From: a virus
Lineage: Duplodnaviria; Heunggongvirae; Uroviricota; Caudoviricetes
Direction: 5' to 3' (one strand)
DNA: 8,294 nt
Virus record (IMG/VR): IMGVR_UViG_2531839532_000007
Under the pieces are notes generated by a model. The model did no database searches. It saw only the letters and a program-made list of their open reading frames with translations, and was not told the DNA's origin. A program made the position numbers and the translations under genes. This document shows positions 1 to 6,406 of the stretch, piece by piece. Positions within the stretch are counted from its first letter, which is position 1; each line of letters opens with the position of its first letter.

Positions 1-306
1 GGCTAATGAAACACGGCAGTTTGCCCGGATGTTGGGGCTTGAACCGAAGAACACGGCGGTGCGGAGTCCGGAGAGTAACGGCATAGCAGAGAGCTTCGTG
101 AAAACGATAAAGCGTGACTACATCAGTATCATGCCTAAACCAGACGGGTTAACGGCAGCAAAGAACCTTGCAGAGGCGTTCGAGCATTATAACGAATGGC
201 ATCCGCATAGTGCACTGGGTTATCGCTCGCCACGGGAATATCTGCGGCAGCAGGCCAGTAATGGGTTAAGTGATAACAGGTGTCTGGAAATATAGGGGCA
301 AATCCA
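1..306 (+). mobile_element. Right-hand end of an IS2 insertion sequence (3' part of orfB plus terminal inverted repeat); element continues left of the window
   Basis: The 1..295 translation matches the IS2 InsD C-terminus as I recall it, and the sequence ...tggaaatataggggcaaatcca ending at 306 matches the IS2 terminus from memory. The downstream gene loses its N-terminus exactly at this boundary. Confidence 0.85.
2..295 (+). CDS. insD: IS2 transposase OrfB (InsD), C-terminal fragment; 5' end lies outside the window
   Basis: ORF 29..295 is in frame with the window start; the translation ...[55 protein letters not shown]... is the integrase-core C-terminus of IS3-family OrfB as recalled for IS2. 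Confidence 0.88.
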
Positions 307-608
307 ACTATTTAGCCACAGAGAATGTTCATATTGTATTAAAAAATGATAATACAGTGTTATTAAAGGGCCTAAAAAACATTGTGTCTGTCAAATTTTC
401 AAAGGATAGGCATCTTATAGAAACGACCTCTAATAAGCTGAAATCCAGAGAGATCACATTTCAGGAATACAGAAGAAACCTTGCTAAAGCAGGAGTTTTT
501 CGGTGGGTTACAAATATCCACGAACAAAAAAGATATTACTATACCTTTGATAATTCATTACTATTTACTGAAAGCATCCAGAAAACTACACAGATCTTAC
601 CACGCTAA
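307..608 (+). pseudogene. ydfO: DUF1398-family prophage gene (YdfO/YbcV-like), 5'-truncated by the IS2 insertion
   Basis: The open frame runs through the IS2 boundary; the 100 residues after position 306 (…[59 protein letters not shown]…) contain no Met. The only in-frame start is a GTG at 270 inside IS2. Symbol is assigned from Qin synteny (next to gnsB), from memory. Confidence 0.55.
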
Positions 609-704
609 ACCATAACGTCCGGCTTCTCTCACTCCTGAGCCGGACTGCATTGGTTTAATAAAAACCATCAACAATTGTGATTTAGATATTCGGAACCATT
701 CAAA

Positions 705-733
705 TATAACAAAACCCCGTAAAAACGAGGTTT
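705..733 (-). terminator. Putative intrinsic terminator downstream of gnsB
   Basis: Minus-strand reading ACCUCG-UUUUUA-CGGGGU (6-bp stem with one G-U pair) followed by UUUGUUAUAUUU, about 30 nt after the gnsB stop. Confidence 0.4.
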
Positions 734-759
734 ATGGATAAATTTTATTATTGAATACA

Positions 760-933
760 TCAGATTAAATTAATCTTGACATCATAGCTTTCAAGACCCG
801 TCATTTTTTCCCGTGCGGTAAACTGAATACTGGTAACTTCTTTCCCGGTCTTTTTCTTAAGTTCAATAATTTTTTTTGTTATATATTCAGAAATATCTGC
901 TTCTGCTTTTGTTTTTAAGTTTTCAATATTCAT
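760..933 (-). CDS. gnsB: GnsB-like small protein (Gns family, 57 aa)
   Basis: Hand translation of the minus strand gives MMNIENLKTKAEADISEYITKKIIELKKKTGKEVTSIQFTAREKMTGLESYDVKINLI*, which matches GnsA/GnsB as I recall them. An AAGAGGA Shine-Dalgarno sits about 8 nt before the second ATG (933); the first ATG is at 936. The gene is absent from the ORF track because it is short. Confidence 0.8.
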   Translation of the reverse strand: MNIENLKTKAEADISEYITKKIIELKKKTGKEVTSIQFTAREKMTGLESYDVKINLI

Positions 934-981
934 CATTTCCTCTTTTAGTCTGTTATGACTTTCCAGTTACACAGTAAGTCG

Positions 982-987
982 ATTATA
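982..987 (-). promoter_or_regulatory. Candidate -10 element (TATAAT) of a gnsB promoter
   Basis: Perfect TATAAT on the minus strand about 45 nt upstream of the gnsB start codon; no convincing -35 at 17±1 bp spacing. Confidence 0.3.
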
Positions 988-1104
988 TGGTGCAAACGTG
1001 TAAAAGATAAGATGAAACATCGCAATAATCAACATACGATAGTCTAAATTTTACACAAACAGACAAAGAGAATTTTCCTGAATTATCAATGCAATAGCAT
1101 CAAA

Positions 1105-1335
1105 TCAACTCAAGAGCCTTATTGCTGCTTCCAGAATTTCTTCTGAAGTAACATGTCGATCCGCGGCTACATAAATGACTTTATGATCTCCGGTCAGAGA
1201 TGGAAACCCTGCGGCCATTACAGTAAGGTGTGTTTTTTCGCCATTTGGATATTCACGCATGATGGTGTTAACTCCAGTCATCGCTGGCACTACCACTGCT
1301 GGTTCAGAGTTAAAAAAAACTATGATTTTTTTCAT
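1105..1335 (-). CDS. ynfN: Small prophage protein in the YnfN position between cspI and gnsB (76 aa from ATG 1335; 51 aa from ATG 1260)
   Basis: The ORF-track entry 1105..1377 begins at a TTG. The first ATG (1335) gives MKKIIVFF…; the internal ATG at 1260 gives a 51-aa product MREYPNGEKTHLTVMAAGFPSLTGDHKVIYVAADRHVTSEEILEAAIRLLS with a GGAG about 11 nt upstream. Symbol is from synteny and the recalled 51-aa length of K-12 YnfN. Confidence 0.5.
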   Translation of the reverse strand: MKKIIVFFNSEPAVVVPAMTGVNTIMREYPNGEKTHLTVMAAGFPSLTGDHKVIYVAADRHVTSEEILEAAIRLLS

Positions 1336-1377
1336 GATGTTACCGTAGTATGTGAGTATCCATCGAATAGACACCAA

Positions 1378-1402
1378 GCAAAAAAGCTCCCGAAGGAGCC
1401 TT
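1378..1402 (-). terminator. Intrinsic terminator downstream of cspI
   Basis: Minus-strand reading AAGGCUCC-UUCG-GGAGCUUU followed by UUUUUU: a GC-rich stem closed by a UUCG tetraloop. An A-run precedes it on the plus strand, so it is partly bidirectional. Confidence 0.6.
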
Positions 1403-1606
1403 CATTTTCACTTTTTTAAATCCAACGACAGACGGCTGGCATTTAAGTATTGTGAAATATTATCAAATGTAATCATCATTGATTTACAAAAGATACATTT
1501 TGCCCCGAAAGGATTCATGTCAGAAACATCAAAAGATGATGTTCTATACTGGGAACCATGACAACACGGGCATCTAAAGTGAATATGGTTTGTAATATTG
1601 TCTACC

Positions 1607-1819
1607 TCAAAGCGCCACTACATGAACAGCGGCAGGACCTTTAGGTCCGTTCTCAATACCAAATTCAACTTCCTGATTCTCAGTTAATGTTTTGAAATCG
1701 TTGCTCTGAATTGCTGAGAAATGGACAAACACATCTTTGCTGCCATCTTTCGGCGTGATGAAACCAAAACCTTTTTCAGGGTTAAACCATTTCACTAAAC
1801 CAGTCATTTTGTTAGACAT
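1607..1819 (-). CDS. cspI: Cold-shock protein CspI (CspA family, 70 aa)
   Basis: [70 protein letters not shown] carries the RNP1/RNP2 motifs (KGFGFI, VFVHF). The leader ends in AAAGGTAATAATT-ATG, like the cspA leader. Confidence 0.95.
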   Translation of the reverse strand: MSNKMTGLVKWFNPEKGFGFITPKDGSKDVFVHFSAIQSNDFKTLTENQEVEFGIENGPKGPAAVHVVAL

Positions 1820-1999
1820 AATTATTACCTTTTGAAGAAATTAGCCCTTGGGCAGAATGGTCCGAAAAAAAATATCAGAGAGAAAAACCAACAAGGAAAT
1901 CTCAAGAGGTACAAATAATAAAATTATAACAATGACTGCTTCAGATAAATTTGTAACAAACCAGAACACCATTAACGCATGATTAACCACCCATAGCAA
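1820..1999 (-). promoter_or_regulatory. cspI promoter (-35 TTGCTA at 1999..1994, -10 GTTAAT at 1976..1971) and ~145-nt 5' UTR
   Basis: cspA-type architecture with a 17-bp spacer and an AT-rich upstream region. The 11-mer ATGCGTTAATG spanning the -10 is identical to that of the cspB promoter in this window. Predicted leader length is about 145 nt. Confidence 0.45.
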
Positions 2000-2181
2000 G
2001 GATTACTTTTGTAAAGAAAAACACAGCAATGAAAGAATAGCTTTATTTATTAATAAAACGTGTCATTCTGATTAAGACCTTTTATCTTACCCTTAAGATT
2101 TCAGGAATTTTGGCTCATGGAAGAGTCCTTTTTATTTAAATTTTACATTCCGCGATGTAAATGTTCCGATTTAATATTACC

Positions 2182-3205
<1,024 letters not shown>

Positions 3206-3209
<4 letters not shown>

Positions 3210-3517
3210 AGATATTTATGATGAGGACGCTCGTGCTTATTGGCAGGATTTTCAATCTTAAAGGAGTACTGATGCTGCAGATAAGACTCAACTTTTTCTG
3301 ACAATTTTTCTGCTACTTCCAGGAAGACTTGCCGGACGCTCCTTCTGGCTGCTGCCTCATAAAACTCCAGCGCAGCTCCTTCAACACGGTCCATGGCGAC
3401 ATCCAGGTCAAAAATTTCACCGTCAAAGCGTTCTTTGTCCTGTAAGGCTACAGTTACCGTAACTTTATTCTCAAAATTACGGACTCCTTTCACAACCAGT
3501 TCATAGTCTTGAGTCAT
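3206..3517 (-). CDS. ydfR: DUF1327-family prophage protein (YdfR-like), 103 aa
   Basis: Intact ORF between holin and endolysin with a GAGGAGAG Shine-Dalgarno upstream of ATG 3517. Identity is by synteny and a recalled family match. Confidence 0.75.
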
Positions 3518-3521
3518 TGGA

Positions 3522-3737
3522 TTACTCTCCTCTCGCAGCCTTACGCCTGTCTTCTTTAATCTTGAAATAAAGATTTGTCAGATACGTCAGCAGGCCAAAA
3601 ACCAGGCTACCCAGCACACCGATTGCAGCCCACTGTGACGGAGTTACTTTATCGAGTAACTGCAATGCCCAGAAACCAGCATTACCCGCCGATGTGCCAT
3701 AGGCAACACCTGTTGTTAACTTATCCATTGATTTCAT
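3522..3737 (-). CDS. essQ: Class II holin / pinholin (phage 21 S-like), 71 aa with dual-start motif
   Basis: [71 protein letters not shown] has two transmembrane segments and a charged C-terminus. Met1 and Met4 give the holin/antiholin dual start. The ORF-track extension to 3812 starts at a GTG with no Shine-Dalgarno. Confidence 0.85.
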   Translation of the reverse strand: MKSMDKLTTGVAYGTSAGNAGFWALQLLDKVTPSQWAAIGVLGSLVFGLLTYLTNLYFKIKEDRRKAARGE

Positions 3738-3956
3738 ATCCTCACCCCGATGTACACGGATGGTGCAATATGTTTGAAAAGATCGGAGTCTACGGGGTAG
3801 TTTTGACAGCACACGTTGTTCTCAACGGCGCTAAAAAAACATACACATTAAAAATGTGGGTAATTATTTTGAAAGAAAGTCATATATAAAATAATAATAC
3901 GAGAAATGTTTTCATATTTAGTGTACTGTATACGGCCATTTATACAGGAAAAGCCT

Positions 3957-4127
3957 ATGTCAGAACGTAAAAACTCAAAATCACGCCGTAATTATCTCGT
4001 TAAATGTTCCTGCCCAAACTGCACCCAAGAGTCAGAACACAGTTTTTCAAGAGTACAAAAAGGTGCCCTTTTGATCTGCCCTCATTGCAACAAAGTATTC
4101 CAGACAAATCTTAAAGCTGTAGCCTGA
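3957..4127 (+). CDS. Small zinc-ribbon protein (56 aa, CxxC…CxxC), antisense to the late operon
   Basis: MSERKNSKSRRNYLVKCSCPNCTQESEHSFSRVQKGALLICPHCNKVFQTNLKAVA with an AGGAAA Shine-Dalgarno 6 nt before ATG 3957. The ORF-track start at 3906 has a poorer Shine-Dalgarno. It may correspond to a small Qin protein annotated in recent K-12 releases, but I cannot name it with confidence. Confidence 0.5.
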   Translation: MSERKNSKSRRNYLVKCSCPNCTQESEHSFSRVQKGALLICPHCNKVFQTNLKAVA

Positions 4128-4180
4128 TTGATTTTATTAGTAACAAGTATTTTTTATATTTTAATAATATATTTAAAGCA

Positions 4181-4208
4181 GATAATAAAAAACCCGCCTG
4201 AGCGGGTT
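4181..4208 (-). terminator. Intrinsic terminator (strong on minus strand, weak on plus) between cspB and the zinc-ribbon ORF
   Basis: Perfect 7-bp stem AACCCGC-CTGA-GCGGGTT; the minus-strand reading is followed by UUUUAUUAUC. It lies about 280 nt downstream of the cspB stop. Confidence 0.55.
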
Positions 4209-4490
4209 TGAGATTGTGGTGCTTTTTGTGGGAGTCATCCACTTACGCACTTTGTTTTGCCATGCCAGCAGTTAGCTTCTGCTGTAAAACTATTCATGCA
4301 GCAAACCTGCACTTCACCACAATGGTTAGCATACTTTTCCTGATTAAGATTTTGCCAAATATGCTAGCCATTGTTTCATGTATTGGACCTCCTTACTTTT
4401 TATTAAAGAGATCCAATATTCACTACTCTGTCCGTATCTCTACTCAGGCATCAGCCTTCTTCGTTATCGTATACAGACGAGCGATGAATT

Positions 4491-4706
4491 TTAATCAGTA
4501 ATGATGACATTTGCTGCTGCAGGACCTTTAGCACCACTCTCTATAGAGAAGGTAACCTTTTGACCTTCAAATAAGGTTCGATAATTATCATTCTGAATCG
4601 CAGAAAAATGCACAAACACATCTTTACTACCATCAACAGGAGAAATAAAGCCGAAACCTTTATCAGCGTTAAACCATTTTACTAAACCAGTCATTTTATT
4701 TGACAT
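4491..4706 (-). CDS. cspB: Cold-shock protein CspB (CspA family, 71 aa)
   Basis: [71 protein letters not shown] with RNP motifs; AAGGAA Shine-Dalgarno upstream; divergent from cspF as in K-12. Confidence 0.95.
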   Translation of the reverse strand: MSNKMTGLVKWFNADKGFGFISPVDGSKDVFVHFSAIQNDNYRTLFEGQKVTFSIESGAKGPAAANVIITD

Positions 4707-4849
4707 TCTACATTCCTTAACTTGAGCCTTTCGGCATAAATGGTTTGCATAACAGAAACGACTTCGTACTTAATTGGAGAGACTCAAAGAAGGAATAAGT
4801 GAATAACACCTGAAATGAGAACTGCTTTAGTAAACTACTTCGTATATCG

Positions 4850-4902
4850 TCTGTTCTTCAAACCGACGCAATCATTAACGCATAGTTGAACATATGAAGC
4901 AA
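4850..4902 (-). promoter_or_regulatory. cspB promoter (-35 TTGCTT at 4902..4897, -10 GTTAAT at 4879..4874) with a cold-box-like element (TGAAGAACAGA, 4860..4850)
   Basis: 17-bp spacer and AT-rich UP-like region. The element just after the predicted start site matches the cspA cold box TGACGTACAGA at 9 of 11 positions. Predicted 5' UTR is about 160 nt. Confidence 0.45.
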
Positions 4903-5006
4903 TGTTTATTTTAGACATCCAGCCATCTTCAACCCCATCAAAAAACTATAGCTTTCTTCAGGAACGTGTGTATAGTGCGCCAAGTTATCAGTATTAAGGA
5001 ATTTTT

Positions 5007-5219
5007 TTGTCCCGTAAAATGACAGGAATTGTCAAAACCTTTGACGGCAAAAGCGGCAAGGGTCTTATCACCCCATCCGATGGTCGTATCGATGTCCAGC
5101 TTCATGTTTCAGCGCTCAATCTCCGCGATGCAGAAGAAATTACCACCGGATTACGCGTGGAATTTTGCCGGATAAATGGTCTGCGTGGCCCTTCAGCTGC
5201 CAATGTTTACCTTTCATGA
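5007..5219 (+). CDS. cspF: Cold-shock-protein paralogue CspF (70 aa)
   Basis: [70 protein letters not shown]. The 70-aa form starts at a TTG (5007) with AAGGA 8 nt upstream; the first ATG is at 5019. The RNP motifs are degenerate, as expected for CspF/CspH. Confidence 0.88.
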
Positions 5220-5273
5220 GCTATATTAAAGCTTTAATTTCAGGCCCCATCGGATCACACATGGAGAGTTTTT

Positions 5274-5363
5274 ATGAATAACCCCGTCTGTCTTGATGAC
5301 TGGTTGATTGGCTTTAAAAGCTTATGCTGTACTTTGGCCGTAATAGCTCTGCTAATAATATAA
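5274..5363 (+). CDS. Candidate small hydrophobic protein (29 aa) downstream of cspF
   Basis: GGAGAG Shine-Dalgarno 7 nt before ATG 5274; product [29 protein letters not shown] has a hydrophobic C-terminal half. It lies between cspF and the plus-strand terminator at 5512..5548. Sequence-only prediction. Confidence 0.3.
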
Positions 5364-5511
5364 TAAGCAGACTCATTGTGTTTAGGGACATTGTACTGGA
5401 AGAAAACATTTTAAACATCAGGCAAATAACCAAGTCACCAGCTAAATAATAAGTTAACAGACATGAGTCCCGGGATGAGATTCAACATTACCATTGCCCC
5501 ATTTAAAGCAC

Positions 5512-5548
5512 AAAACCCGCTCATCAGCGGGTTTTCTACTTTTTCTTA
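5512..5548. terminator. Bidirectional intrinsic terminator: cspF terminator on the plus strand and tR'-like terminator of the late leader on the minus strand
   Basis: Stem AAAACCCGCT-CATC-AGCGGGTTTT (perfect 8-10 bp). On the plus strand it is followed by UUCUACUUUUUCUU; on the minus strand by UUUUGUGCUUU. Confidence 0.6.
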
Positions 5549-5565
5549 ACGTCGGGTATACAAAG

Positions 5566-5609
5566 CCCATCGTTGAAAAAATTTTATCCATATTTTTTGA
5601 AAAATGCAA
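5566..5609 (-). promoter_or_regulatory. pR'-like late promoter with sigma70-dependent pause element (target of the Q antiterminator)
   Basis: Minus-strand reading TTGCAT-17 bp-TAAAAT-TTTTTC-AACGATGGG, beginning 32 nt after the Q stop. It parallels lambda pR' (TTGACT-17-TAAATT-TGACTC-AACGATGGG), including the -10-like AACGAT pause motif, as recalled. Confidence 0.6.
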
Positions 5610-5640
5610 ACATCATGTCGCCATCTTCAGCAAAAATCAT

Positions 5641-6393
5641 TTATCTCGTCACCTTCCTCAATTGCGCTTCCGCGTATGCTTCTTCCTGCCAGCACTTTGT
5701 TACCAGTTTACCAATGACGTCCGCATACCCCTTATACCACTGATAATCGGTCAGGTCTGGTACCAGCTTCTGGACATGACGTCGTGCCAGCGTGGTCGGT
5801 AAACGACTAAACCGGTTTCCATTACAACGCCCACAAATCTTATATACCGGTACGCCATGAAACCGGGTTCTTTTTTCATCCAGAACAATCCCTTTACCCT
5901 TACACCCTCTGCACGCTGTGCTGGCTTCGCCCTTACCATGGCAATGCTGACATAGTTCCTTCACCCATTCTTCCTTGATTACAGATTCCCCGCGTCTGTA
6001 GTGTTTCACCACTTCGCGCAATACATTATAAAATCCCGTACCTGAACAATGCTCACAGCGAGCCTTACTTGCCGCAGACCTGGAGTAATCAGCAAAGGCA
6101 AAACTCACGAGGTAAGGAATAATCTGTAACCGGATTTCTTCACTCAATTTGTTCAATGTCGGGTTATCCAGTGCCATCGCGTAATTTAGCAGGCCTTCAA
6201 TCGCAAACTGAGGGTCCTGAACACCAACTTTTGCCAGAAATAAGGCCAACCCAAGTGGTGCTTTCGACTGCACCATCCCCTGCGCTGCCATTACATCCGT
6301 AATTGTTAAACAACCGGTGCCTGTCGCTGGAGCGTCATCGCTCAATTTTGGAGATTTTGGGGAGTAATATTTTGGTAAGGCTTCAAGGTTCAT
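5641..6393 (-). CDS. quuQ: Late-gene antiterminator Q (250 aa from ATG 6393)
   Basis: Several CxxC/HCHGKG zinc-binding motifs (CEHCSGTG, CQHCHGKG, CRGCKGKG, CGRCNG) and a position directly upstream of a pR'-like promoter. GGAG lies 7 nt before ATG 6393; the ORF-track start at 6423 is a TTG. Length matches K-12 QuuQ as recalled. Confidence 0.88.
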   Translation of the reverse strand: MNLEALPKYYSPKSPKLSDDAPATGTGCLTITDVMAAQGMVQSKAPLGLALFLAKVGVQDPQFAIEGLLNYAMALDNPTLNKLSEEIRLQIIPYLVSFAFADYSRSAASKARCEHCSGTGFYNVLREVVKHYRRGESVIKEEWVKELCQHCHGKGEASTACRGCKGKGIVLDEKRTRFHGVPVYKICGRCNGNRFSRLPTTLARRHVQKLVPDLTDYQWYKGYADVIGKLVTKCWQEEAYAEAQLRKVTR

Positions 6394-6406
6394 GCTCGTT
6401 CTCCAC

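Noticed and set aside
1153-1561. Plus-strand ORFs (88 aa and 69 aa) overlapping the ynfN-like gene and the cspI 3' region
   Set aside because: One is a shadow of the minus-strand gene and the other starts at a GTG with no ribosome-binding site, spanning a terminator hairpin.
3738-3812. N-terminal extension of the holin ORF to a GTG at 3812 (96-aa form)
   Set aside because: No Shine-Dalgarno before the GTG; the Met1/Met4 dual start with a GAGGA just upstream gives the canonical 71/68-aa pinholin pair.
3575-3889. Plus-strand ORF (104 aa) antisense to the holin
   Set aside because: Overlaps the holin coding region on the opposite strand and has no ribosome-binding site; the holin call is much better supported.
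3924-3947. Possible LexA (SOS) box at the CTGTAT…ATACAG inverted repeat
   Set aside because: LexA boxes are CTGT-N8-ACAG (16 bp). Here the CTGT and ACAG elements are separated by 14 nt, so the spacing does not fit. Retained only as a generic inverted repeat in the findings.
4208-4501. Plus-strand ORF (97 aa) in the region downstream of cspB
   Set aside because: Starts at a TTG, internal ATGs lack Shine-Dalgarno sequences, and the translation is low-complexity. The minus-strand signals in this region (consensus Shine-Dalgarno, terminator) are more convincing.
5494-5939. Plus-strand ORF 5494..5802 and internal minus-strand ORF 5751..5939 overlapping Q
   Set aside because: Both lie inside or against the Q coding region in other frames; the first also spans the late promoter and terminator. 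No independent start signals.
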